NCBI RefSeq assembly: GCF_963921235.1
Contig: NC_086107.1
Span: forward strand, 95,668,001-95,732,000
Direction of reading: 5' to 3'
Length of the DNA: 64,000 bases
DNA from: Mobula hypostoma
Taxonomy: Eukaryota
The position numbers and the translations under genes were made by a program. Under the pieces are notes generated by a model. The model searched no databases, was not told the origin of the DNA, and was given only the letters and a program-made list of their open reading frames with translations. Below, piece by piece: positions 13,421 through 26,254 of this stretch. Each line of letters begins with the position of its first letter. Position 1 is the first letter of the stretch.

Positions 13421-15619
13421 GGCCTTTTTCTTACAATAAGGACATCCTCCCACCATCGGCCTCTGTCTCATCTGTCAGCAAAAGCCAATTTTGGATCCAA
13501 TCAGCTAGCTTGTCCAGAATTCCATGTGGCTAACATACAGGGCATTGTCAAATACCTTAGAATATAGAACACCACAACGCAGGAACAGGCCCTTTGGCCC
13601 ATCATCTCTGTGCTGACAATGATGTCAATCCAAACTAATCCCATTTGCCTCCACATGGTCTATATCTTATTCATGTGCCTGCAGAAACACTTCTTAAACA
13701 TCGTTGTCAAACCTGCTTCCATGACCTCTGTGGTAGCGCATTACAGGCACCCACCACTCTGTTCGAAAATGGCGTGCCTTTATACTTTACCCCTCTCACT
13801 TCAAACCTATGCCCTCTGGTGCTTGACATTTCTACTTGATAGGTTTCCATTCTTAAGGATACAAGAGAGACAGTGAATCTCTTGCGAGCAACACCAACAT
13901 CATGAATAAGTGGAAGCAAATAGTCACTTCTGGCTCCCAAACAACCATGTGTTTTCAGACTCTTCAATAGGAAGTTTAATTTCTTATCTCCATTTACGTT
14001 TAGGGGCCAAATCCCTGGTTTCCTTGCTGGAATTTTCAGGACTGGAGCCTTTGCCCCAGTGCAGGTGATTCCACATTTAACCAGCTGCCTCCCTGTTCAA
14101 AGACAAGCAGGTCCTGATCACCTGCACTGCAGGACCAGAAATCTACCAAATGTGACAAATGTTGTGGGACCTCTCCCGCCAGCAGATAAACTTTCATCTT
14201 CCGAAACTCTCAGAATCAGGTGTCGAATTGAGCTATTTGGCTGAAAGCCGAGCTCAGGTGGCCTCAAGTCAAACAGCCCAGTGCTGAAACATCAACCACA
14301 GCATTGTTAGCTCAACAGGTCAGGCAGCATTGAGTGAGAGAGAGGACACGCACACACACTCACACATGCGGTGGCTGTGAGTGGGTTTGGGGGCATGAGA
14401 GAATACTGTTACTTGTTTCATTCAATAGCTTTCAAAAATACATAGATGTACCAAGCTGTACAGGCTTGGGAAAAGTTGGTGGGCTGGGAGTGAGAGAAGG
14501 GAAACAACAGACCATGGAAATCAAGAGATTTATGGAATAGGGAAAAGAAAATTATATTTCAAAAACTGCCTACTTACGAGTCGAATGCCAGAAATGGGAT
14601 TAGTGTAGATGGGTACTCAACAGTCAGCACAGATGTGATGGGCCAAAGAGCCTCCTCCAGAGACAGGAAGGAGGTACAGAAGCCTGAAAGCACACACTCA
14701 GTGATTCAGGAACAGCTTCTTCCCCTCTGACATCTGATTTCATGAACACTACCTCTCTACTTTTTTTAATTTCTGTTTTTTTTTGCACTACTTATTTTAA
14801 GTGAACTACTCCATATACTTACCAGAATTCAGTTTTTTCCTCTATATTTATCATGCGTTTCATTGTACTGCTTTTGTATAGTTAATGAATTTCATTACAT
14901 ATGCTGGTGATATTAAACCTGATTCGGATTCTGATCCCCCTCTTAAAAGCTTCCCGGCTCTCCCCCATGCCTCTGTTCACTCTGGGCCCAGCTTGTGGCT
15001 GCCGCGCTCCTGTTCATCTCAGCTCCCTGGCCAACATTCTTCCCTCAGCAGCAGCAGCTCAACTTTAGAATTGTCAGTCTCAAATTCAGGTTCCGCTCCC
15101 CCCTCAACACAAGCCTTCGTCCTCCCCTTTCCCCCCCACAGCTCACTCCCTCCATACCTCCACGCACTCCCGAGCGTCATCGTTCTCAGAATGTCAGGCC
15201 CTCAGTTGTGAGGACAACTTTTGGAATTCCCTTTCAGGGTTTGGCTAAGATCTTCGTACCCAAATCAAACTCTTCACCCCCTGCTAGAGAGGGTAGCCAC
15301 CTGTATCAGATCACTCCCTCTGCCAACCACCCTCACCCATCTTCAGCTCCTGAAAGGGTGTTGTGTCTGTTAACCTTCCTTTCACTGCTGCCAGGAACAC
15401 CAGGAACCTTTCTTCCTCATTCTCTGCCCACGGCCAGTGGGGAGGAACAAACCGTAAAAGCAAATCAGAACAGCCACAGCTCATTCTGAGGCGGCCAGGG
15501 AACAGGACTGTCAGAATGGACAGTTCACACACAGTGGTGCTAGACACCAGTGCCATTTAGGGGTGGGAGGGGTACAGTGGATTCACTGAGACACCATCAC
15601 TGACCTGGCATGTCAAACC

Positions 15620-15897
15620 CCCATGGCAGTGTGGTGATCAGCGCAACGCTATTACAGATTGGGGTGTTTTGTAGTTTGGAGTTCAACTCTGGCGCTGTCT
15701 GTAAGGAATCTCTGAACGTCCTGCTTGTGGAATTACATGGGTTTTCTCCGGGTCCTCTTGTTTCCTCCCACAGTCCAAAGACATACCAGGTCAATTAACT
15801 GGTCATTATAAATTGTCCCGTGATTAGGTTAAGGTTAATTGGGGTTGCTGAGCAGTGCGAGTTGAAGGGCTGTATCGCTAAATAATTAATAAATAAA
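15620..15897 (+). mobile_element. HE1/V-SINE-like SINE
   Basis: tRNA-like head, central TTCCTCCCACAGTCCAAAGAC motif, (TAAA)n tail. Relatives at about 24056-24280 (+) and 18320-18520 (-). Family name is from recall. Confidence 0.7.
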
Positions 15898-16970
15898 TGT
15901 GATTTCTGTTTTGTGAATGTCTGTGGAGAGTAAGAATTTCAGGCTGTATATTATATACATTTTCTGATATTAAATAGAACTACTGAATAAATGTCAGGAA
16001 TGAAATAGTGCGCATGCACAGGGTCACCAGACTGTGACTGCAGTGCTTTTAGGTAGAAATGTGGGAGCAAAGGAACGAAAACTGGAAAGGTCAGGCACTG
16101 TCTGCAGAAAGAACAGCAGAGTTATTGCGTCTGGCTGAAGACCTTTCAATGGACAAAGGGACACACGAGCTCTGGGATGTTTCTTCTGGTCAAGATGGTG
16201 CCGAGCTGTGGTCTCTGTCGAATTTCTGGCCCTGACTCAGCTGCTTTCTAGGTTTGTAGGGATGGTGTTGGGGATAGAGAGGAGAGACAGGAGTCAGTTT
16301 AGTGATTAGGGACAGGGATATGGGTAAGTTAGATGTCAGGCCAGAGTCTATGCCTCTGCTCTATGCTCCACATTCGTAGGTCAGCGACGTGGATGTAGGA
16401 CCGGCAGACAAGCAAGGCCAAGGGCTAGTGGTCACCCCCCAGGTCAGCGAGTCATCAGCAGGTTCAGAGACCATGTGGGCAGGAAGCACGAGGACCGGTG
16501 ACCCCCCAGGTATCTGAGTCGGTGAGACCAGAGTTTAAGGCCTAGGGTTCGAAGGCTGGAGTTGGGGCCTGGAGTTCAGGATCCTTATTCATCATCAACA
16601 ACTTTGGAGCTTGGGACCTTAATTTATCATCATTGGCGAGTTCTATGATCGATATCGAAGAATCTTGCCCGATGGCCAAAACCTGGGTCTGCAAGTCCAT
16701 TGGGGAAATCGGAGGCCCAATGACTGCAAATCTGCCAAATCCACTGGATTTGGCCTAGTCTTGGGTTTGGAATGCTGCGTGAGTGGGGAGGAACAGGATT
16801 GTTTTGCTGTTGTGTTGTTGTTTGTTGCCTTGTGCTGTACTGCTCAGCATGATGGGAATGCTACATTGGTACTGGAGTCTGTAGCAACACTTGTGGGCTG
16901 CCCCCAACACATCCTTAGGCTGTGCAGATTGTTGATGCAAATGACGCATTTTACTGCCCGTTTCGATGTA

Positions 16971-17289
16971 CAAGGGGTGATTGATAAGTTCGTGGCCCAA
17001 GGCAGAGGGAGATGAGTTATACAGCTCTCGTTACATGCATGTACAGTTCAACTCTGAGTGATTATGCAGATAGTTTGAAGTTAATAACTCATTTCCTTCT
17101 ACCTTGGGCCACGAACTTATCAATCACCCCTGCTGTGAACACTTCCTGGAGGTCCATGATCCGTGTGCTCCACGACCGCTGGACTAAGTGTGTAAATGTA
17201 GCAGGGGACTATGTTGAAAAATAAATGTGCTAGGTTTTGTAAAACTGACTCCTTCTGCCTTGGGCCACGAACTTATCAATCACCCCTCG
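16971..17289 (+). mobile_element. Mariner-derived MITE
   Basis: About 40-bp TIRs C(A/G)AGGGGTGATTGATAAGTTCGTGGCCCAAGGCAGA; TA TSD (16969-16970, 17290-17291); mariner transposase C-terminus LHDRWTKCVNVAGDYVEK*. Confidence 0.9.
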
Positions 17290-17569
17290 TACATTGAAAT
17301 GAATCTAAATCTAGACCAATACACACACTGATACATGTATATATACAGACACACACACACACAGTCACTGACCCACCCACGCATGTGATGTTACCTACCC
17401 AGGGATAGTTATTGTTCCAGACACCTTACCCCCACAATCACTATCTCACACACACAGTCACAGACAACCATGTGTGATGTTACCTACCCAGAGATAGTTA
17501 TTGCTCCAGACACATTACCCCTACAATCATTGTTACCAGATACAATATTACACACACATGCAACATAAT

Positions 17570-18740
17570 GTTAGCACATCGAACAGTATAGCACAGGAAC
17601 CGATCCTTTGGCCCACAATGTGGCATTAAACCAACTAAATTAATGCCAATCCAAACTAATTCCTTCTGCCGACATGATGTCCATATCCCTCCATTTTCTG
17701 TACATTCATGTACCCATCCAAAAGCCTCTTAAACCCCTCCATTGTATTTGCCTCCACCACCAACCCTGGCAGTACATTCCCGACACCCACCACCTCTCTG
17801 TGTAAAAAAAACTTACCCTGCACATCTCCTTTGAACCCTCCCTGCTGACCTTAAATGCACACCCTATTAGACACCTGGTCCCCAAGGAAGAAAATAACAA
17901 ACTTTCTACTTATTTATGCCTCTCATAATCTTATAACCCTCTTATCAGATCTCTCCCCAGGTTCGGAGAAACTAGTCCAAGTTTGTCCACATCACCTTAA
18001 AGCGCATTCCCTCCATCCAAGCAGCATTTTGGTAAACCTGTTCTATATTCTCTCCAAAGCCTATAAGTGGGTACAATATTCCAATTGCAGCCTAACTAGA
18101 GTTTTATAAAGCCGCAGTATCATTTTCCGACTCTATTTAAATATCTCAACTCATGAACACAAGTATAACATACGTCATTTTATTACCCTGTGTGGCTGCA
18201 GACTTGGATTCCAAAATCCCTACATAAACCAACACTGTTAAGGATCCTTTGCATTTGATCTCTTCACATTTGGCCGGATTAAATTCCATCTGCAATTGAT
18301 CTATATCCCGTTGTATGCTTTGTTATTTTATTTAGCGAGAACAGGCCCTTCGACAAACCCCGTTTAACCCTAACCTTATGACCAGTTAACCTACCCGGAA
18401 CATCTTTGGACTGTGGGAGAGAACCGAGCGGACCCGCTTTCCACGGGGAGGACGTAAAGAGACTCCTTACAGGACGGTGCCGGAACTGAACTCCGAAACG
18501 CGCCGCGCTAACCACTAACGCCTTCTCCCATCTACAAGATCACCAATCTTTGCACCGTCTGCAAATTCACTAACCCCACGTATGCAGGCTATTTATATAC
18601 GTGCATATTGCAAGCAGCAGAGACTCCAGTTCAGAACACCACCAGTCACAGACTTCCAGCCGGAATAAATCCGATCGCCCACGATCCGCTGTCTTTAATG
18701 GGCAAGCCAATTCTTAACCCAAGCAGCCAAGTCACCGTGT
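17570..18740 (-). mobile_element. CR1 LINE fragment with a nested SINE
   Basis: Reverse complement of CR1 RT C-terminus and 3' UTR; SINE at about 18320-18520. Confidence 0.75.
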
Positions 18741-18769
18741 TGGCTACATAGATACATTTCTGCCCCAAA

Positions 18770-19965
18770 CACAGTTACCCCACATACCCTGAGACAACTT
18801 TACCTACACCTCCGCCGCTGCCCAGCACAATGTTCCTCCCAGATACACTGTTACTCACCCAGAGTTACCGACCCCCACACACACTGTTACCCACCCAGAG
18901 CTACCGACCCCTCCACACACTGTTACCCACCCACCCAGTTACCGACCCCCACACACACTGTTACCCACCCAGAGTTACCGACCCCTCCAGACACTGTTAC
19001 CCACCCAGAGTTACCGACCCCCACAAACACTGTTACCCACCCAGAGTTACCGACTCCTCCACACTGTTACCCATCCACCCAGAGATACCGACCCCCAGAC
19101 ACACAGTTACCCTGTTACCCACCCATCCAGAGTTACCGACCCCCAGACACACAGTTACCCACCCAGAGTTACCGACCCCCACACACACTGTTACCCACCC
19201 AGAGTTACCGACCCCTCCAGTTACCCACCCAGAGTTGCCGACCCCCACACACACTGTTACCCACCCACCCAGAGATACTGACCCCCAGACACAGTTACCC
19301 TGTTACCCACCCACCCAGTTACCGACCCCCAGATACACTGTTACCCACCCAGAGTTACCGACCCCCAGACACACTGTTACCCTGTTACACACCCACCCAG
19401 TTACCGACCCCCAGACAGTTACACTGTTACCCACACACACACAGTTATCCTGTTACACTCACCCACCCAGTTACTGACCCCCACACACACTGTTACCCAC
19501 CCACCCAGAGATACCGACCCCCAGACAGTTACCCTGTTACCCACCGAGTTACCAACCCCCAGACACAGTTACCCTGTTACACACCCACCCAGTTACCGAC
19601 CCCCAGACAGTTACACTGTTACCCAACCACCCAGAGTTACCGACCCCCACACAGTTACCCTGTTACACTCACCCACCCAGTTACCGACCCCCAGACACAC
19701 TGTTACCTACCCAGAGTTACCAACCCCCACACACAGTTACCCTATTACACTCACCCACCCAGAGTTACTGACCCCCAGACACACTGTTACCCACCCAGAG
19801 TTACCGACCCCCACATACACAGTTACCCTGTTACACTCACCCACCCAGAGTTACTGACCCCCAGACACCCTGTTATCCACCCAGAGTTATCGACCCCCAG
19901 ACACACTGTTACCCACCCAGAGTTACCGACCCCCACATACACAGTTACCCTGTTACACTCACCCA
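18770..19965. repeat. Compound minisatellite, about 36-bp core GTTACCCACCCAGAGTTACCGACCCCCAGACACACA with variants
   Basis: Directly visible tandem array; C-rich plus strand, G-rich minus strand. Confidence 0.95.
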
Positions 19966-20030
19966 CCCATCGCCAGCACACGGTAACCAGTCCGTCCGCT
20001 CCTCCGGTCCAGGACCGCCCAACCAATCGC
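19963..20030 (-). other. Probable non-coding first exon of the RAS gene
   Basis: CpG-rich unique sequence ending in a GG|GTGAGT donor (intron begins at 19962 on the minus strand), next to CCAAT and GC boxes. RAS genes have an upstream non-coding exon. The TSS is not determined. Confidence 0.6.
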
Positions 20031-20150
20031 GTCCGCGGACGCCCGGGGCAGCCAGCCAATCACAGCGCCTACTCGGTTGGATTTTGTCCAGTGAGGACAG
20101 GCCGCCAGGGGGGCCTTTGCCGCCTGTCTTACGGCTGCCTGTCAAATATT
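19970..20150. promoter_or_regulatory. CpG-rich TATA-less promoter, possibly bidirectional
   Basis: The clearest non-repeat CpG cluster in the window. GC box CCGCCC at 20015-20020; CCAAT at 20023-20027 and 20056-20060 (AACCAATCG, AGCCAATCA, NF-Y-type), 33 bp apart. Confidence 0.7.
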
Positions 20151-20379
20151 TCTGGAACGAAGGTTTAATTTTAAAAAAAAGAAAACACGTAGTGAATAAT
20201 TTGAACGAATTGTTCATGGGGCTGGTGCTTCGGCATAATTAGCTGACTGGATTGTTCGATGTAAGCCGCAAGAGGAGGTACCTCAGTGTCAGGACCCAGA
20301 TTTTGACAGGGACAATTCCGCTGGGTGGGTGGGGGCCCGTTCTTCATTATTTATGAACATTATTCGGATGTGAGTGTAC

Positions 20380-21520
20380 AAAGTATGGTTTGTTCGTGAA
20401 GTAGTCTTCTCTGAATTGCAGGGAGATCTTGATCAGTTAGAGAGTGGACTGAGGAGTGGCAGATGTTTTTTTTAATTAACTAAGTATGAGTTGATGCATT
20501 TTGGACCTTCTAACCTATACAGTGAATGGCAGGGCACTGAAGAGTGTTCTGGGACAGAAGGGCCGAGCAGTACAAGTGAACAATTCGCGTGAGTAGACAG
20601 GGTGGTGAAGAAGGCTGCCCTTCCTCAGTAGGGGATTTAAGGGTTATATGGGGAAAAGGCAGGTAGGTGGAGATGAGTCCATGGTCTGTGGAATTCTCTG
20701 CCACAGGAAACAGTTGAAGCCAGTTCATTGGCTATATTTGAGAGGGAGTTAGATATGGCCCTTGTGGCTAAAGGGATCCGGGGTATGGAGAGAAGGCAGG
20801 TGCAGGGTTCTGAGTTGGATTATCAGCCATGATCATACTGAATGGCGGTGCAGGCTTGAAGGGCCGAATGGCCTAGTCCTGCACCTACTTTCTATGTTTC
20901 TATGGTCAGATCAGTCATGATCTTATTGAATGGCAGAGCAGGCTCGATGAGCTGGATGGCCTACTCCCACTCCTATTTCTTATGGTCTTATGTTTATGTT
21001 AGTCAGGGTTGTTAGTTTAGGAGCAGGAACATTATGTTGCAGTTAGATATGATGTTGGTGACACTGCTCTTAAAGTATTTATGTACAGATTTGGTTACTC
21101 TGTTAAAGTAAAGACGTTGTCAAGGTGGAGAGGGTTCAGAAGAGATTTACGAGGATTTTGCATGTTTTCAGGGCCCAAGTTAAGAGAGAGGGGTTGACCA
21201 CACTGAATCTATTCCTTGGAGCGTAGGACAATGAAGGGTGACCTCAAAGAAATTTATAAGGGGTATGGATGAGGTGGACAATCATAGTCTTTTCTCCAGG
21301 GTTGGGTAGTTCAGATAAGAGGGGATAGATTTAAAAGAGATGTGAGAGGCAACAACTTTGACAGAGGGTCGCGGGCATGAGCTGCCAGAGGAAGTGGTCG
21401 AGGCAGGTACAGTGGCAATATGTGAGGCATTGGGAGGGTTATGGGCTGAAAACAAGCATTTGGGATTAGTGGGGCACGTGGTGTGGTCTGTATAGAGTCG
21501 ATTGGCCAATGGGCCTGTTT
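20380..21520 (+). mobile_element. Nested CR1 fragments
   Basis: 20685-20903 is near-identical to the CR1 3' end at 6795-7010; older CR1 remnants flank it. Confidence 0.8.
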
Positions 21521-21579
21521 TTCTCACTTTAGTATTGATATGCAAAGATTTAGGACTGCTCCACAAGTTAAAGTCTTAA

Positions 21580-23700
21580 ATCAAAATCAGATTTATTATC
21601 ACTGTCATAATGTCATGAAATTTGTTTTGTGGCAGCAGTTCATATAAATTTACTGCAAGTTAAAATAAGAAATATATGAAAACTTTAAAAGAGCAAAATA
21701 GTGATGTAGTGTTTATGGGTCAATGGAGCATCAGAAATCTGATGTGGGAGGGTAGGAAACTATTCCTAAAACGTTGAGCGTGCGCCTTCAGGCTTGGTAT
21801 CACTCTCTGATGGTGGCAGTGAGAAGTGGGCATATTCTGGGTGGTAAGTGCCCTTATAATGGGAAACACATTTCTGAGGCACAGTTTTTAAAGGTGTCCT
21901 CGATGGTGCGGAGGCTTGTGCCCATGATGGAGCTGGTTGAGTCTACAACCCTCTGTAACGCTTTTTAGTCCTGTGTATTGACACCTCGATACCAGTCGTT
22001 AATGCAAAAGACAACAAATTCTGCAAATACTAAATAAATAAATAAACAACAAATATCGAGAACATGAGATGAAGAGTCCTTGGGTTGTGAGAACATTTCA
22101 GTGCTGGGGTGAGTGAAGTTATCCCCTCTGGTTCAGGAGGCTGATGGTTGAAAGTAATAACCCGGTAGTGTGGGACCTGGGTCTCCTATACCTCTGTCCT
22201 GATGGCAGCAGTGAGAAGAGAGCATTGCCTGGAAGGTGGGGGTCCTTGGTGATGGATACTGCTTTCTTGTGACAGTGTTCCTTGTAGATGTGCTCAACGG
22301 TGGGGAGGGCTTTACCCGTGGTGGACGAGGTCATATCCATTACTTTTTGTAGGCATTTCCATTCAAGGGCATTGGTGTTTCCACACCAGGCCATGGTGCA
22401 ACCAGTCAATATTCCCTCCACCACACACCTATGGAAGTTTGTCAGAGTTTTAGCGGACACGCCAAATCTTTGCAAACTTCTAAGAAAGTAGAGCTGCTGT
22501 CGTGCCTTCTTTGTAATGGCACTTGTGTGTTGGAGCCTCTGAAATAAATATGCCGAGGAATTAAAAGTTGCTTACCCTCTCCACCTCTGATCCCTCAATG
22601 AGGACAGCCTCATGGACCTTGAGTTTCCTCCTCGGGAAGTCAGTGATCAGCTCCTTGGTCTTGCTGACATTGAGTGAGAAGTTGTTGTTGTGGCACCAGT
22701 CTGTCAGATTTTCAATCTCCCTCCTGTATGCTGATTCATCACCAGCTTTGATTCGGCCAATGACAGTGATGCCTTTGGCAGACTTAAATATGGCTTTGGA
22801 GCTGTGCTTAGCCTCACAATCATAAGTGTAAAGTGAGTAGAGCAGGGGGCTAAGCACACAGCCTTGTGGTACACCTGTGTTGATGGAGATTGTGGAAGAG
22901 ATGTTGTTGCCAATCTGAACTGACTGGGATCTGCAAGTGAGGAAATCCAGGATCCAATTGCACAAGGAGGTATTGAGGCCAAGGTCTTGGAGCTTATAGA
23001 TTAGTTTTAAAGAGGGGTTAGTATCGACTGCCAAGCTGTAGTCGATAAAGAGCATCCTGATGTATGCATCTTCGCTGTCCAGATGTTCCAGGGTTGAGCG
23101 AATAGCCAGTGAAATGGCATCTCCTGCTGAGTTGTTGTAAATGTAGGCAAATTGGAGTGGATCCATGTCTCTTCTCAGGCTGGAGTTGAAATATTTCATC
23201 GCCAACCTTTTAAAGCATTTAATCACAGTGGATGTAAGTGCCACTGGACGGAAGTATTTGAGGTACGTTACCATGTTCTTCCTGGGCTCTGGTATAATTG
23301 AGGCCAGCTTAAAATAAATGGGTACCTCAGACTACCGAAGCGGGAGGCTAGAGATCTCAGTGAACACTCCAGCCAGTTGATCAGCACAGGTCTTTAGTGC
23401 TCGGCCAGCTACCCAGTCTGGGCTGGATGCTTTCTGTGGGTTCACCCTGCTGAAGGATGCTCTCAGAGACTGAAATCACAGGGTCATCGGGAGCTGTGGG
23501 AGCTCATGAAGGTGCCTCCATGTTTTGTCGGTCAAGAGGCGTTGAGCTCATCTGGGAGTGAAACCTTGTTGTCACATAAGTTGCTTGGTTTTACTTTGTA
23601 CGAGGTGATGGCATTCAAGCCCTGCCACAGCTGACAAGCATCCTTCAGCGATTCAAGTTTGGTCTGGAATTTCCACTTCGCATGTAAGATGGCACTGCAT
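21580..23700 (-). mobile_element. Rex1/Babar-type LINE (RT and 3' region), degraded
   Basis: ORF 22561-23274: RPVALTSTVIKCF, DPLQFAY, YIRMLFIDYS, GVPQGCVLSPLLYSLYT; ORF 22119-22475 gives the C-terminus. Confidence 0.9.
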
Positions 23701-23859
23701 TACAATGTTGGCGTGCAGAACAGCATCACTGAATACACGGTCCGTCAAGTCTTGAAGTGGATGGCTACAGCAGCAACAGATCACGACATACACTCAATGG
23801 CTACTTTATCAAGTTGTAGGAGGTATCTAATAGAGTGGCCGCTGCAGGTTTAATGTAGC

Positions 23860-25000
23860 CACAGGAGATGGGTGAGGTCTTAAATGAATATTTCTCATCT
23901 GTGTTTACCAAGGAGAAGATCTCAGAAGCTAAGGAATTCATGGAAGAGACGGTAATGTCCTAAAACGTATTAACTTCACACAAAAGGGAGTGCTGGTGGT
24001 GTTGAAGCTGTATAAAATTATATAAATCACTTGAGGCATCACCAAATGTATCCTGGGAGGCACAGTAGCGTTGCGGTTAGCACAGCGCTTTACATTACCA
24101 GCGACCCGAGTTCAGTTCCTGCCTCTGCCTCTCATAGTCCAAAGACGTACCAGTTGGTAAATTAATTAGTCATTGTAAATTGTCCCGTGATTAGATTAGG
24201 ATTAAATTGGGGGATTGCTGGGCGGCGTGGCTTGAAGGGCTGGAAGGGCCTGTTATGCATTGTACAGCAATAAATAAATTAATAGATTAAAAAGTTCGGG
24301 AGGCAAGGGAAGAAATGGCAGGAGCCCTGGCAGAGGTATCTGTACCATGGCTAGCCACAGGTATGCTACTGGAAGACTAGAAGGTGGCTTATGTTGTGTC
24401 TCTATTACAGAAGGGCTGCGGGGACAAACCAGAGAATTACAGGCTGGGGAGCCTGACGTCAGTGGTGGGGAAGTTACTGGAGAGATCCTGAGAGAGAGGA
24501 CTTACCAGCATTTGGAAAGGCAAGGACTGACTGGGGAGAGTCCGCATAAACTTGTCCAAAATGCAAAGGGCAATGCAGTAGACATTTTGTTTGTGGACTT
24601 GGCTTTTTGACAGGGTAGGCTGCTCTGGAAGGTTAGATCGCATAGGATCCAGCGCAGGCTGTGCAATTAGATAGAGAAGCAAGCTTGGTGTAAGGAGCCA
24701 GAGGGTAGTTACTCGGACTGTACATCTGTGATCAGTGGTGTGTCACAGGGATCGGTGCTGAGCCCGCTGCTGTTCGTCATGTACTTTAATATATTGGATG
24801 AGAATTCACGTGGCAATGTTCCTAGATGAGTGGATGACATCAAAGCTCATGATTCAGTGGACAGTGAAGAAGCTTGTCAATGCTTACAGCAGGATTTGGA
24901 TCAACTGGGAAAGCGTGAACTGGGACATAGGCAAAGTGATGCATTGTGGAAAGTTAAACCAGGACAGGACATACAGTGAAGTGCAGGGCCCCAGAGAATG
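23860..25000 (+). mobile_element. Degraded CR1 LINE with a nested SINE
   Basis: NYRLGSLTSVVGKLLE and GVSQGSVLSPLLF remnants. Confidence 0.75.
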
Positions 25001-25029
25001 TTTAGAACAGAACATTATAGGGTCTACAG

Positions 25030-25790
25030 GAGGAAGAAACCGGAGGCCCATGAGCCAGTCCTCATTAGGGTATCAGACATGGAGAGGATTTCTTGGCATT
25101 TTCATATCAAAGGATCTAGTCTAGGACCCAGTATGTACAAACGGTAATTGCATTACAAAGAACCTCTACTTCCTTAGAAGTTCGCACAGATTTGGCGTAT
25201 TTTCTAAAACTTTGGCAAGCTTCTATAGATGCACACTAGAGAGCATCCTGACTGGTTCCTTCACGGTCTGGTATGGAAACACCGATGCCCAGGAATGCAA
25301 AAGCCTACAAAAAGTAGTGGATACAGCCCAGTCCATCTCAGGCAAACTCTCCCCACTGCTGAGCACATCTACGAGGAGCACTGTTGCAGGAAAGTGGCAT
25401 CCATTATCAAAGACCCCCAATATCCAGGCCGTGCTCTCGTCTTGCTGCTGCTATCGGAAAGGAAGTACAAGAGCTTTAGGTCCCACACCACCAGGTTCAG
25501 GAACAGTTATTACCCGACAATCATCAAGCTTCTGAAGCAGCATGGATAACTTCACTCACCTCGATACTGAACTGATTCCATAACCTATAAACTCACTTCC
25601 AAGGGCTCAACAACTCGTGTTCTCAGTGCTATTTACTTGTTTTTATTTACACTGATTATCTTCTTTTGTGCATTTTTTTTCTCAGTCTTTGTGTGTGGCA
25701 ATGTTAATTCTATTGTATTTCTTTGTTGTGCAGCAAAGACCTGCAGGAAAATAAATCTCGGGGTAGTATATGGTGACATGTATGTACTTT
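25030..25790 (+). mobile_element. Rex1/Babar-type LINE 3' end
   Basis: FYRCTLESILTGSFTVWYGN...SHTTRFRNSYYPTII. Confidence 0.85.
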
Positions 25791-26254
25791 GAAATAGGCA
25801 TTTTGACTCAACACAACCGTGCCAAGTGGCTTGGCTCAGCTCCCCCCATTTTCATTTCTTATCCATGCACCTCTCCAAATGTCTTTTAAATGTCATAATG
25901 TACTCACATCTACCACTTCCTCTGACAGTTTATTCAGTATTCTCTCCAGCCCCTGTGTGGAAAATGTTCCCCTTCAGGTCTATTTTAAATCCTCCCCCTC
26001 TCAGTTTAAACCTATGCCTTCTAGTTTTGGATTTACCTACCTTAGGAAAAAAGGCTCAGTTACTCACCTTAGCTATGCCCTTCTTGATTTTATAAACCTT
26101 GTTAAGTTTGCCCCCTCATCTCCCTTCACTCAAGAGGAGGAAGTCCCAGCCTATCTAGTTTCTCCTTATAACTCAAATCCTGCAGGCCTGGTAACATACT
26201 CATAAATTTTTATTTTGCACATTCTACGGTTTAATGATGTCCTTCCCTTGAGTG

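Noticed and set aside
14885..15489. Overlapping Ser/Pro-rich ORFs
   Set aside because: Low-complexity C-rich sequence with no domain similarity or splice support.
18830..19477. 215-aa Pro/Thr/His-rich ORF
   Set aside because: Translation of the minisatellite; no coding evidence.
20101..20115. CTCF-like motif in the promoter
   Set aside because: The six-G run breaks the consensus spacing; expected by chance in GC-rich DNA.
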